The translations under genes and the position numbers were made by a program. Below are positions 19,219 to 29,020 of a stretch of 45,938 bases of DNA, piece after piece. Source of the DNA: a virus (lineage: Duplodnaviria; Caudoviricetes); the IMG/VR virus record IMGVR_UViG_3300044580_000271, positions 1-45,938 of that record; one strand, 5' to 3'. A model generated the notes under the pieces. That model had not been told where the DNA came from, did no database searches, and saw only the letters and a list, made by a program, of their open reading frames with translations. Position 1 is the first letter of the stretch, and every line of letters starts with the position of its first letter.

Positions 19219-20078
19219 GAAGAGCATTTCATGATTTTGGATTTATAGAAGAAGATGGTGTATTCTTTGGAGTAACACTTGGTTTTGACTTTACCGCAGA
19301 GCATGAGTGGGGAATTTCCGATATGAAGCGAACGCTTGAAATTCCCGAATTAAAAAACTCAAATGTTGGTATCAAATCACGTATGATTGGTATTAAACAT
19401 CCAGAAGCTGTTATACATTATAAAGAGGATGGCAAATACACTTATCTGTACATGAGAGAAAAATACCCATGGGAAAAAGATACAGAGCCAAAAATTCCTG
19501 AATATTGTCTTAAAAAGGACGAACTTGATTGGATGATTAAAGACAATGACAGACGTGAAAAAAAGCAGGATGAAATACTTACTGCATGGGACGGGAAAGA
19601 GTTCGGTATGTTAACTAAAGGAGAAGAGAATCGTGCCAAGTTAAAAGAGCTCCATGAAGCTATTCTAAAACATGATGCAGCTTTGACATTCTTAAATTTA
19701 AATGGAAAAAATCCTTTTGCAAATGCCTGCCTATCTCTTTTAATTGCAAGTAAATTACCAAAAGATACTTTGGGTGCAATGAAAGAAGCAGACGAAAATT
19801 CTCTTGAATTAAGCAAAATTACAAAGAAATTAAATCTTCTTGAGCGTTTGAGAAAAACCAATAAGTTTGGTGAATACAGTCTTCATGCTGCTTCACCACA
19901 TTTCATTGATAGTGAAGAAAAAAGAAAATTGAAAACTAAATATGATGTTAGTGTTTGGATAAATTCAGGTTCTTTTTACGGATGGTGTACTGTTGAAGAA
20001 GTTGAAGAACTTATCAAAGACAAAAATTTGACTGTCGAAGAATTTAAGAAAAGGAAAGAAGCCCAGAAAAATGGCTAA
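19215..20078 (+). CDS. Hypothetical protein
   Basis: 287-aa ORF, coupled. Confidence 0.65.
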   Translation: MRRAFHDFGFIEEDGVFFGVTLGFDFTAEHEWGISDMKRTLEIPELKNSNVGIKSRMIGIKHPEAVIHYKEDGKYTYLYMREKYPWEKDTEPKIPEYCLKKDELDWMIKDNDRREKKQDEILTAWDGKEFGMLTKGEENRAKLKELHEAILKHDAALTFLNLNGKNPFANACLSLLIASKLPKDTLGAMKEADENSLELSKITKKLNLLERLRKTNKFGEYSLHAASPHFIDSEEKRKLKTKYDVSVWINSGSFYGWCTVEEVEELIKDKNLTVEEFKKRKEAQKNG

Positions 20079-20481
20079 AGATAAACCCATAAAAATGATT
20101 ACTGTTGCTCATACTGATGAAACTGCAGTGTGGTCTGTTTTATCTGCTGTTGAGAATATACAGGAATATCGTAAATGGGCAGATAAAATTCCTGCTATTA
20201 AGTTTCCATCAGATTGGTGTGTTCAAATAATTCCTCCATATGGTGGAGCTATTGTTCGTTTTACTGTTCAAAGATATGGGTGCAAGAATAAAGTCAGTGT
20301 ATATTTAGATTGTTATGACAGATTAGGTTATGTTGGTCGTCCTTATTGGGAATTATATCCTTATAAAGGTGACACATACCGTTGTGCAATGGAAGATATT
20401 GATGAACTTCTCGATATCATAGACTATGCACTTGGAAATAAAAGAAAACATCTTAACAGAACTTTAACAGAAAAAAGTTAA
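20071..20481 (+). CDS. Hypothetical phage protein
   Basis: 136-aa ORF, VSVYLDCYDRLG...PYWE. Confidence 0.6.
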   Translation: MAKDKPIKMITVAHTDETAVWSVLSAVENIQEYRKWADKIPAIKFPSDWCVQIIPPYGGAIVRFTVQRYGCKNKVSVYLDCYDRLGYVGRPYWELYPYKGDTYRCAMEDIDELLDIIDYALGNKRKHLNRTLTEKS

Positions 20482-20510
20482 AATTCTGTTAAAAAATTAT
20501 TATATTTGCA
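20453..20510 (+). promoter_or_regulatory. Promoter with four TTAACA-type boxes upstream of the regulator gene
   Basis: ttaaca at 20453 and 20464; inverted agttaa/tgttaa at 20476 and 20487; tatatttg at 20501. Confidence 0.6.
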
Positions 20511-20533
20511 ATAAATATTTTAAAAGACCTACT

Positions 20534-21208
20534 ATGAAGATTGTGTTGAATTCGCAAAGCGATGATCTTCTAAATGAATTTCTAAGACTATCAAAGAATA
20601 ATAATGTTGAAATCATAAATGCTAAAACTGAGAAATTTTTGTTCGATTGTATATCGGTTGGTGATGTAAGCGCTTTTATTATTGATAACTCTTCAGAATA
20701 CTCGCAAAAGGCGATCGATTTCATAAAGAAGAAACATCCATACATTCCTGTGGTGATAATAGGTAAACAAGAAATAGACAAAATTAATAATGCTGATATT
20801 TATATTCCCCTCATAAAAGATATTCCCTATTTTTATTCCCTTTTGACTCGTAATGTCATCAATTACGAAAAGAATTTCAAGTCCTTACAAAGGCTTACAA
20901 TAAAAATCTCTAATAAAATAGAATTTGGAGATTGTATGTATGACCCAAACATAAGGACCTTATTTTATCAAGGGCGCGAAATAAACAAATTTTCAGAAAA
21001 AGCCGGGGGTATTGTGGAAATATTAGCTGCTAATTATGGAAAGCTTGTTAGAAAAGAATTGATATTGGAAAAAATATGGCTTAAGAGTGATTACTTTTCA
21101 AGCCGCTCCATGGATGTCTATGTCACAAATATCCGCAAGATTTTAGCTGAGCATAAAATCTCTATGAAAATAAAAAGTGTTTCAAAAACCGGGCTAATAT
21201 TAGAATAA
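20534..21208 (+). CDS. OmpR/PhoB-family regulator with degenerate receiver domain and winged-helix DNA-binding domain
   Basis: C-terminal LVRKELILEKIW...SRSMDVYVTNIRKIL; N-terminal alpha/beta receiver-like fold. Confidence 0.8.
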   Translation: MKIVLNSQSDDLLNEFLRLSKNNNVEIINAKTEKFLFDCISVGDVSAFIIDNSSEYSQKAIDFIKKKHPYIPVVIIGKQEIDKINNADIYIPLIKDIPYFYSLLTRNVINYEKNFKSLQRLTIKISNKIEFGDCMYDPNIRTLFYQGREINKFSEKAGGIVEILAANYGKLVRKELILEKIWLKSDYFSSRSMDVYVTNIRKILAEHKISMKIKSVSKTGLILE

Positions 21209-21213
21209 AAGAT

Positions 21214-21744
21214 ATGAAAGATTATGGGGTTCCTGAAGTTGTATTAACCGAGGAAGAAATACAAAAAGTACGCAAAGCATACTCACGCACCTTAAAAAGA
21301 AAAACCAAACTTACTAAAAGTATGAGCGTTGCTGCTAGTCATTGTTTTGCAGAAGGCAAACCATTCTCTGAAACTATTCAGAAAATACAAGACTATGCAG
21401 CTCTATTAGCAGAAAAATCCAATGGCTCTATAGAAAATGTTTACATAAAACGAAATAACTCGTATTATGCCAGCTCAAATAGCATGCTATTTTATATTGT
21501 AAAGGAAGAGTCCGAACAAGAGTTTAACATCCGATTAGAACAACACCTTAAGAAAAAAATTGAGATAGCTAATAGAGATAAACGTAGAAGACTGATTGCA
21601 GAGGCCAAAGAAAAAGAAAGAAAAAAAGCTGTCTTACTAAATGCTATTGAGGAACTTGGCCCTGAAATTTACGATATTTTTGAAGAAATAAAACTTAAAG
21701 AGCCTAAAAAGGATGGAAGCAATCCTAACAAAACAAGAATGTAA
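21214..21744 (+). CDS. Hypothetical coiled-coil protein (paralog of the next gene)
   Basis: Ends LGPEIYDIFEEIK. Confidence 0.6.
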   Translation: MKDYGVPEVVLTEEEIQKVRKAYSRTLKRKTKLTKSMSVAASHCFAEGKPFSETIQKIQDYAALLAEKSNGSIENVYIKRNNSYYASSNSMLFYIVKEESEQEFNIRLEQHLKKKIEIANRDKRRRLIAEAKEKERKKAVLLNAIEELGPEIYDIFEEIKLKEPKKDGSNPNKTRM

Positions 21745-22183
21745 CAAAATATTTGAGGACGTAAAATCAAAAGCAACTAAACAACAAGTTGAGATTGATT
21801 TAGGTACTGTTTCACAACAAGCTGTGTTTCAGAACGCAACCATAAATTTAGCTATTAAACGATTAGAAAAAATAAGGAATGAAGTTTCTATTTCTTATTC
21901 TGTACCTGCAGATCAGATAAAAACACATATTGAGGGTTGGAATCAAATACGCCTTTATATCAAACGATATGAAACAGATGATGAAGTGATGGCTAGAGTA
22001 CGAATAGAAGCCTCAGAAAAAATCAAAAATATAAATAACGTTCGTCGAAAGAAAATTTTGGAAGAAGCCAAAAAGAAAGAAAAGGATAAAAAAGAATTAG
22101 CTCGTATCGTAGCTAATTTAGGTCCTGAAATCTATGAAGTTTTTGAACAAATTAAAAGGAATGAAAATGATAAACAAAGATAA
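21713..22183 (+). CDS. Hypothetical coiled-coil protein (paralog of the previous gene)
   Basis: Ends LGPEIYEVFEQIK. Confidence 0.6.
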   Translation: MEAILTKQECNKIFEDVKSKATKQQVEIDLGTVSQQAVFQNATINLAIKRLEKIRNEVSISYSVPADQIKTHIEGWNQIRLYIKRYETDDEVMARVRIEASEKIKNINNVRRKKILEEAKKKEKDKKELARIVANLGPEIYEVFEQIKRNENDKQR

Positions 22184-22421
22184 AAATCCGATTTTTTACA
22201 AAAGTGCCGAAGAAATGGACAAGCCATTAAGCGAATTAATGGAAGAACTTCGACGTGATGTAAGTAAAATCAGAGGAAAACTTTCCGATATTAGACGTTC
22301 TTATGGTTGGGACGATAGAATTGAACATATCGAAGGAGGCCTAACTTGTATGTTAGTTGCTATGTACGACACGATGGAAGAATGGAAACGATTCGAAGAA
22401 AAGCAAAAAAACAAGGCATAA
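22167..22421 (+). CDS. Hypothetical protein
   Basis: Helical ORF; start uncertain (22134/22161/22167). Confidence 0.55.
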   Translation: MINKDKNPIFYKSAEEMDKPLSELMEELRRDVSKIRGKLSDIRRSYGWDDRIEHIEGGLTCMLVAMYDTMEEWKRFEEKQKNKA

Positions 22422-22434
22422 ATAAATCATCAAG

Positions 22435-22455
22435 ATGCCCTTCGGGGCATTTTTT
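22435..22455 (+). terminator. Intrinsic terminator
   Basis: atgccc-ttcg-gggcat plus T-run. Confidence 0.85.
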
Positions 22456-22540
22456 ATGCAAAAAAGTAACTTTTTAACATTTTTTAACATTTAGAATTTT
22501 ACCACGTCGGCAATTTTGATTATATTTACCTTAAGAAAAT

Positions 22541-22621
22541 GGCCTAGCTCCTTTGGATTATAGCCCAACGAGAGACCAGGAACGATAAAAAGTTGGAAGT
22601 TCGAATCTTCCCACGGCCACA
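22541..22621 (+). ncRNA. tRNA-like element (intact T-arm, partial acceptor stem)
   Basis: ggaag-ttcgaat-cttcc at 22595-22611; ggcc/ggcc closing stem; no canonical D or anticodon arm. Confidence 0.45.
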
Positions 22622-22639
22622 AAAGAAACAACACACACA

Positions 22640-22873
22640 ATGAGAACATTAATAGGCATAGTAGTAGTAATCTTGATCTTCAAATGGTTTTTTAGCGAAC
22701 CTAAACAGGTAGAAAAAAGCGAACCTATAAAAATGGAAAAGATTGAAATGGTTGAGTTTGATTCTACTACTGTTCAGGTTTGTACCAAAGAAGGCTGTAA
22801 AAACGTAACCATGGAAGACCGTAGAAAAGCAGCTGAAGAAGCACAAAGAATTATTGATGAAATAATGAAATAA
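22640..22873 (+). CDS. Small membrane-anchored protein
   Basis: N-terminal TM segment. Confidence 0.6.
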   Translation: MRTLIGIVVVILIFKWFFSEPKQVEKSEPIKMEKIEMVEFDSTTVQVCTKEGCKNVTMEDRRKAAEEAQRIIDEIMK

Positions 22874-22882
22874 ATTACACAC

Positions 22883-23566
22883 ATGAAAAAGTTAGTAGCA
22901 ATATTCAGTTTAATTCTTACTTCGATAGTAAGTGAGGCTCAAAACGAACCTAAATTTTCCAATAACTTGATTTACAAAGCTGAATTTGGTGAATTTCAAT
23001 ATCGTGGTAGCAATTTCACTAAAAAATTACCCGGCCCAGTCACCTTTAGTTTTGATAGTACTTTAATGATGTCTACTTTAAAAGATCATCATAGCAGAAT
23101 TAGGTATTATAAAATAGAAGAATCCGGAAATGATGGAGATTTTTCTTACACTACCTATAAATGTAGAGACAACGCTGGTCAATTAATAACAGTTTTTATG
23201 ACTTATCAAAAAACTGAAAATGTAAGTTCAATAATACTATGTTATTCTAATTATGATTTGCTATTTAATGTTAAAGCATTTCCAGCCCCGATAAAAGAAA
23301 CTTTTATAACAGATGATATTGAATCTCTTGGAGTATTTGGTGAAAACAACACCGAAGATATTTCAATAGAGGAATTTAAAACACGAGTTAATGAATCAGG
23401 TAAACTTATCGGCATAGATAATTTAGGCAATAGATTAGAACCTATTATTAAAGCGGCGGTTTTTAATGAAATTGCTAATGGTGTAACTTCGGCCGATAAC
23501 AAACCTAAGAGATGGCAGAAGGGTTCCTCTGTTGATGACCCTCATATCATCATTGAGAAAAAGTAA
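22883..23566 (+). CDS. Secreted hypothetical protein
   Basis: Signal peptide ending SEA-Q. Confidence 0.6.
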   Translation: MKKLVAIFSLILTSIVSEAQNEPKFSNNLIYKAEFGEFQYRGSNFTKKLPGPVTFSFDSTLMMSTLKDHHSRIRYYKIEESGNDGDFSYTTYKCRDNAGQLITVFMTYQKTENVSSIILCYSNYDLLFNVKAFPAPIKETFITDDIESLGVFGENNTEDISIEEFKTRVNESGKLIGIDNLGNRLEPIIKAAVFNEIANGVTSADNKPKRWQKGSSVDDPHIIIEKK

Positions 23567-23620
23567 AAAATATTTTTGAATTACAAAGAAATTAGTTATA
23601 TTAGCCACAAATTAAATGTG

Positions 23621-23977
23621 ATGAAACTGAACGACATTTTAAAACCAAAAACAAAAAAAGAAACCATTGCCGAATTCTGCCGTAGATACCAAGTTGATCA
23701 GAGAGAATTGAAAAAATTCTTTGAGAAAATGAGATGGCACAGCGGAATTGTATCATGGTTGAAAGGAATATTTTATTGGGTCTTTGGATTATCAATGATT
23801 GTTAATTCCATCATGGCTCTTTCCGATCATTATTTTTGGTTCCCCATTACTCAGACCAAAAGTATGTTATCATTCATCAATATTTTCTGGGTAATATCGT
23901 GGTTTGTCGTATCAATTTTAATAATTGCATGGGGAATTATTATAGTTAATCGTTATTATCAAACAGAACAATATTAA
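23621..23977 (+). CDS. 2-TM membrane protein
   Basis: LKPKTKKETIAEFC N-terminus and two hydrophobic segments; paralog of 24313..24681. Confidence 0.6.
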   Translation: MKLNDILKPKTKKETIAEFCRRYQVDQRELKKFFEKMRWHSGIVSWLKGIFYWVFGLSMIVNSIMALSDHYFWFPITQTKSMLSFINIFWVISWFVVSILIIAWGIIIVNRYYQTEQY

Positions 23978-23980
23978 GAT

Positions 23981-24316
23981 ATGGACACACATGAAAATTC
24001 AAATGATCAGACTATTGTAGTTGAACTACTTCAATCTGCACTTGCTGGTAAAATTGACCCATCGTCTAATTTTAACCCGCAGTTGTTGGCCGAAGCTATC
24101 GTTACAAAGTTGAATTTTAACTTATCACCGATAGAAAGAAATGCAAAGAAAGTTGAAGACGCTATAAGAACTTTCAATGAGATGATTAATAAAATAGATT
24201 CTGAAATGGATAATGAAATGCAGCAGCTTGGAAAAGAAGAAGTTCTTTTAAAGAACTTTATAAGGGGGCAGAAAACCGCTTGTGAAAAACTTAAAGAATC
24301 TCTTAAAGAAATATGA
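23981..24316 (+). CDS. Hypothetical coiled-coil protein
   Basis: 111-aa ORF. Confidence 0.55.
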   Translation: MDTHENSNDQTIVVELLQSALAGKIDPSSNFNPQLLAEAIVTKLNFNLSPIERNAKKVEDAIRTFNEMINKIDSEMDNEMQQLGKEEVLLKNFIRGQKTACEKLKESLKEI

Positions 24317-24681
24317 AATCCAACGTTTTAAAAGGAAAAAGTCAAAAGGAAATAATTGATGCCTTTTGTGCTAAACATAATATTGCTAGTTATGAATGGT
24401 CGGAATTTATCCATCAATTAGGAAGGATTCCGCTACAAAAGAATCTTCATTTGGTTTGGACCATCCCGCTTTTCCTAATTGGAATTACGGCTTTATTCAC
24501 TACATTTGGATTTCTTTTTGATGATCAATTTCCAGTCATTTATAAAATAGCCGAAAAAGCTACACCAACATTTTTTCAAAGATTTGTGAATATATTTTAC
24601 GCATTATTGCTATTCATCATTCCATCAATTATTATAGCAATCCCGATAATAAAATGGAATAAAGTATATGGTTGGAGTTAA
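24313..24681 (+). CDS. 2-TM membrane protein
   Basis: LKGKSQKEIIDAFC N-terminus and two TMs. Confidence 0.6.
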   Translation: MKSNVLKGKSQKEIIDAFCAKHNIASYEWSEFIHQLGRIPLQKNLHLVWTIPLFLIGITALFTTFGFLFDDQFPVIYKIAEKATPTFFQRFVNIFYALLLFIIPSIIIAIPIIKWNKVYGWS

Positions 24682-24689
24682 ATGCTGTT

Positions 24690-25796
24690 ATGAAACAATA
24701 TACTATAAAAGAATTAAAAGAAAAAAATCTCATTATCTTTGAAGCGATAATGGGGTCTCATGCTTATGGAACTGTTCTTCCAACTTCAGATAAAGATGTT
24801 CGCGGGGTTTGGATGCAGCCATTTGAAGATATACTTCAATACGGTTATGCAGAACAGGTTGCAGATGAAAAGAATGATGTTGTTTATTACGAACTTAGAC
24901 GATTCATAAATCTTCTTCGTGATAATAATCCAAATATTGTTGAAATTCTTTTTGCACCCGAAGATTGTATTCTTACCACATCTGACGAATGGAAGATTCT
25001 CAAATCAGTCGACAAGAAATTTCTAACGCAGAAATGTCGTTGGACTTTTGCCGGTTATGCTATTGATCAAATCAAAAAAGCAAGAAGTTACAACAAGAAG
25101 ATGAACTGGGAAGAAGCCCAGATGGTTCGCAAAGGAGTTCTTGATTTTTGCTATATTCTTGATGAAGGCGGATCAACACCTCTTCACGATTGGTTGATAA
25201 GATTTAATGACTCTAAAATCGATATGTATGATCAACGAGACTTTAGTCTTGCTGCGATAGATCATGCTAAGGATGTTTATGCAATGTATCAATTTCCAGG
25301 AGGAATTGTTTCGGATGTCAACACAGCTAATGATGTTCAACTTCAGTCCATCCCAAAAGGCATACTTCCTACCGCGTATTTAACGTTTAATAAGGATGCA
25401 TATTCAACTCATTGTACACGTTACAAGGAATATCAAACATGGCTTAAAGAGCGTAATGAAGACCGTGTGAAAATGAATAAAGCACACAGAAAGAATTATG
25501 ACTCAAAAAACATGATGCACACTTTTCGCCTGCTTAAAGTTGCAATTGAAATTGCAAGAACAGGAAATCTAAATGTTCGTCGTTCACCTGAAGAAATTGA
25601 AGTTCTTATGAAAATTCGTCATGGAGAATATGAATATGATGATCTCCTTCGTGAAGCAGAAGAAATGATTAAGAATCTGGATGATGAGTATGACAAGTCA
25701 ATTCTTCCTGATAAAGTTGATGAATACTATGCAACATCTATTTTATTTGAAATGAGAAAGAAAAGATATGGTTTTAAAAACAACATTATACCTTGA
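24690..25796 (+). CDS. Pol-beta-superfamily nucleotidyltransferase (Nuc-transf/RlaP-like)
   Basis: GSHAYG...SDKDVRG, NNPNIVEIL, YDSKNMMHTFRLL. Confidence 0.8.
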   Translation: MKQYTIKELKEKNLIIFEAIMGSHAYGTVLPTSDKDVRGVWMQPFEDILQYGYAEQVADEKNDVVYYELRRFINLLRDNNPNIVEILFAPEDCILTTSDEWKILKSVDKKFLTQKCRWTFAGYAIDQIKKARSYNKKMNWEEAQMVRKGVLDFCYILDEGGSTPLHDWLIRFNDSKIDMYDQRDFSLAAIDHAKDVYAMYQFPGGIVSDVNTANDVQLQSIPKGILPTAYLTFNKDAYSTHCTRYKEYQTWLKERNEDRVKMNKAHRKNYDSKNMMHTFRLLKVAIEIARTGNLNVRRSPEEIEVLMKIRHGEYEYDDLLREAEEMIKNLDDEYDKSILPDKVDEYYATSILFEMRKKRYGFKNNIIP

Positions 25797-26064
25797 ATCA
25801 GACCCTGACGAAGTTCAAAATGAATGGGAAAAAAAGCAGGAACAAAAATTTTTGCAAGAGTTAATTGCTAAACAAATAAATGAAATTCAAATACTTTTCA
25901 AAGGTAGCAATCATACTCCAGCAAATTTTGTTTTAGTTGGTCAACAAATTTATGATATTTTAATAACACTTCAAGAAGATGAATCAATTCCCTCTGTTAG
26001 AAAAACTAGTAAAAGAGCTAAACGAAACCAATTCGACCTTAGACAAAATACAGACCCTATCTAA
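25768..26064 (+). CDS. Hypothetical protein
   Basis: 98-aa ORF overlapping both neighbours. Confidence 0.4.
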   Translation: MVLKTTLYLESDPDEVQNEWEKKQEQKFLQELIAKQINEIQILFKGSNHTPANFVLVGQQIYDILITLQEDESIPSVRKTSKRAKRNQFDLRQNTDPI

Positions 26065-27283
26065 GCCCGAATATAATGATCCGTTTATTAAAGAAATATT
26101 AAAAGCAACACATAATCCGTTCAAACAATATTATGTGACACCAGATAATCTCAAAAAGAGAACCGATCTGGTTGCTTTATTTTCCGAATATGACGATATT
26201 TTTGATTTGCTTGATGCTCTTAGTTCCAGAAAAATAACTGGGCATGATGCAATCTCAGAAGTTAATGCTTTCATCAAAGCTAATAAGGAACATTCAGAAT
26301 TGATTTATAATCTATTTGATCGTAATCTGAAGATACGTATCTCTGAAAAAATCATCAACAAAGTATTTCCAAATCTTATTCCTTCCTTTGAAGTTGCTCT
26401 GGCAAATAAGTATGATGATAAACTTGCAGCTAAGATCGATTTTACAAAACAAGATTGGTATGCAAGTCGTAAGCTTGATGGTCTAAGATGCATCTGCATT
26501 GTTGATGAAACTGGTGTTGTCAAAATTTATTCCAGAAGTGGATTAGAATTTTGGACTTTATCAGTTATTAAAGAAGAAGTTGATAAACTAAATTTGAAGA
26601 ATATTGTATTAGATGGGGAAGTTTGTATTCTTGATGAAAATGGAAATGAAAACTTCCAGGCGATTTTAAAAGAATACAATCGTAAGAACCATACCATAAA
26701 AAATCCGCGTTTCAAAATATTTGATTTGATTCCACTAAATGAATTTGTTTGTAACCAAGGTGAGATTACATTTTCATCTCGAATCAATAACTTGAAATAC
26801 GCTCTATCTGGTTACGATGGAAAAATACTAGACATTGTTCCTCAATGGAAAGTTGAATCAGGCGAACATTTAGTTGAATTGACAACCTTAGCAGAAAAAA
26901 ATGGTTGGGAAGGCATAATGATTCGAAAAGATATTCCTTATGAAGGAAAGCGTTCAAATAACTTACTTAAATGCAAGAAGTTCTTGGACAATGAATACAT
27001 AGTAAAAGGAGTCGAAGTTGGTCCCTTTAGGGTCATTGTAAATGGTTTAGAGGTCACTGAAGAGGTTCTTAGTAATGTCATAATAGAACACAAAGGTTGT
27101 GATGTTGCTGTAGGTTCAGGATTCTCTATTGACCAAAGAAGACGATACAAAGAACATCCTGAAGAAATTATTGGAAAAGAAATAACAGTTCAATATTTTG
27201 AAGAAACTAAAAATCAGGATGGAGGATTTAGTTTAAGATTTCCAGTTGTGAAAGCGATTTATGAAGAAGGGAGAAAAGTTTGA
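25979..27283 (+). CDS. lig: ATP-dependent DNA ligase
   Basis: KLDGLR, LDGE, EGIMIR, KCK, VGSGF, SLRFP motifs. Confidence 0.92.
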   Translation: MNQFPLLEKLVKELNETNSTLDKIQTLSKPEYNDPFIKEILKATHNPFKQYYVTPDNLKKRTDLVALFSEYDDIFDLLDALSSRKITGHDAISEVNAFIKANKEHSELIYNLFDRNLKIRISEKIINKVFPNLIPSFEVALANKYDDKLAAKIDFTKQDWYASRKLDGLRCICIVDETGVVKIYSRSGLEFWTLSVIKEEVDKLNLKNIVLDGEVCILDENGNENFQAILKEYNRKNHTIKNPRFKIFDLIPLNEFVCNQGEITFSSRINNLKYALSGYDGKILDIVPQWKVESGEHLVELTTLAEKNGWEGIMIRKDIPYEGKRSNNLLKCKKFLDNEYIVKGVEVGPFRVIVNGLEVTEEVLSNVIIEHKGCDVAVGSGFSIDQRRRYKEHPEEIIGKEITVQYFEETKNQDGGFSLRFPVVKAIYEEGRKV

Positions 27284-27710
27284 TGTTCAATCCATTAATA
27301 GAGACAAAGTTCTTTTGATTCTAAAATGGTGCGAAAATAAATTTGGGAAGTCAACTCACTATAAGAGATTTCCCAAATTACGTGTTTATAGATCGAAGGG
27401 AACTGCAAACCCTGATTATAGAGATACAGGTTTATTAGGAGAATTTCACAATGAAACGATAAAGGTATTTTTAGGTTCCCATACAAGTGTTAAACAACTA
27501 TGTCGAACTGTTATTCATGAGTACAAACATTATTTGATGGGGTTAAAAGAATTCTATCAGCTTTACGGAAAATTTGTTAAGAAAGGAAAAAATTTAGATT
27601 ATATTGAAGATCATCATCCACATGAAATAAAAGCTGAACGCTTTGAAAAAAGATGGACAGATCTATGCTTTAAGGAACTAAAAAATAAATTATATGTCAA
27701 ACAAGGTTAA
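27261..27710 (+). CDS. HEXXH metallopeptidase-like protein
   Basis: VIHEYKHY ... HPHEIKA. Confidence 0.6.
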   Translation: MKKGEKFDVQSINRDKVLLILKWCENKFGKSTHYKRFPKLRVYRSKGTANPDYRDTGLLGEFHNETIKVFLGSHTSVKQLCRTVIHEYKHYLMGLKEFYQLYGKFVKKGKNLDYIEDHHPHEIKAERFEKRWTDLCFKELKNKLYVKQG

Positions 27711-28026
27711 ACCGATCACACCCTCAGAAGTACTTCAATCCAAACAGGAATCAATACCTGATGAAGTATTTCAGGCTGTTAATGAAATGATCACCAAAAA
27801 ATGGGATGGCTATTCTGCTACTTTTCGCCAAGAAGATTTGATGGCGCATTATTTCTCAATAGTTGGTGGAGGAGAATTAGGCAGTGACAGACAAAAAGTT
27901 TATGATAATCACTGGTTTGATTTTGAGGAGATTTATAGAAAAGCTGGATGGTCTGTTGAGTATGATCGTCCTGGTTATAATGAGAGTTATCCTGCAACAT
28001 TTACGTTTAAGAAAAAAAGAAAATAG
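27694..28026 (+). CDS. Hypothetical phage protein
   Basis: YRKAGWSVEYDRPGYNESY motif; coupled. Confidence 0.6.
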   Translation: MSNKVKPITPSEVLQSKQESIPDEVFQAVNEMITKKWDGYSATFRQEDLMAHYFSIVGGGELGSDRQKVYDNHWFDFEEIYRKAGWSVEYDRPGYNESYPATFTFKKKRK

Positions 28027-28027
28027 T

Positions 28028-28594
28028 ATGATACCAAAATTTAAAAATCGACCAAATAAATCCTATAATATCGATGGAAGAGAAGTGTGGGATTCACGTT
28101 CTGCTGCCGTTAATTTAGCTATTTTAATTTGGACCTATAATTTAGAAGGTCCTTATGTTTTGGCTTCAAAACGTGGTCCTGCTGCAGCAGATAACCGAGG
28201 AAAAATGAATCTTGTTGCTGGCTATTTTGATTGGGATGAATCTGGCGAAGAAGCTATTTACAGGGAATCTTGGGAAGAATGTGGGATTTATCTTCCTGAT
28301 TTGATTAAATCTGCTGAAGCAATAATATCCAATGATCTTGACAATCCATGGTACACAAATACAAAGCCAACAGAAAACAGGCAGAACATCTCATTGAGAT
28401 ATGGTATTGCAATGATTTTAAAAACTAATGATCTTCCAGTTTTATCAACAGAACATAATGAGATTCCAGGAGAGGTTGAAGACCCAATGTGGATTCCTAT
28501 AGAAGATATTCACAATTATCAATGGGCTTTTAACCATGATCAAGTTATACTTGATTATTTTAAAAGAATCGAAAAGATCATTGATGATAAATAA
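28028..28594 (+). CDS. Nudix hydrolase
   Basis: AGYFDWDESGEEAIYRESWEECG Nudix box; WAFNH. Confidence 0.85.
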   Translation: MIPKFKNRPNKSYNIDGREVWDSRSAAVNLAILIWTYNLEGPYVLASKRGPAAADNRGKMNLVAGYFDWDESGEEAIYRESWEECGIYLPDLIKSAEAIISNDLDNPWYTNTKPTENRQNISLRYGIAMILKTNDLPVLSTEHNEIPGEVEDPMWIPIEDIHNYQWAFNHDQVILDYFKRIEKIIDDK

Positions 28595-28604
28595 AATAAA
28601 AAAG

Positions 28605-28979
28605 ATGGAAAAAGAATACGGAACCGTAACCTTCTTAAATTCAATAAAGGACACATTTCCCTATGTCGAAGCAGCCATAATGATTCTCGATAATAATTTC
28701 AATTGGTGGAAATCCAATTATGAAACATTTGAAGAAGTTTTGGCCAACGAAGTAAGAGGAATTGCAAAACAACCTATTGAAATAAGAACAAGATTTACCG
28801 TTTATAGCGGACCAGATGAAAACGTTCAAGTTGTTAAATGGAATGGTCCTGCTATCGAGTTTACATTTATCGAAACTACCCCAGATGTTGTATTAAAAGT
28901 TAAAAACAAAATTGGCAACACATGGGAAGGACATAAATTACTTACAGAAGACAATAAGTTATTTGTGTTGTTTGAATAA
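28605..28979 (+). CDS. Hypothetical protein
   Basis: ORF following a gataaata motif; start uncertain. Confidence 0.55.
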   Translation: MEKEYGTVTFLNSIKDTFPYVEAAIMILDNNFNWWKSNYETFEEVLANEVRGIAKQPIEIRTRFTVYSGPDENVQVVKWNGPAIEFTFIETTPDVVLKVKNKIGNTWEGHKLLTEDNKLFVLFE

Positions 28980-29020
28980 AACTATTGTCTTTCATTTACA
29001 TAAAAACAAAAACATGAATA

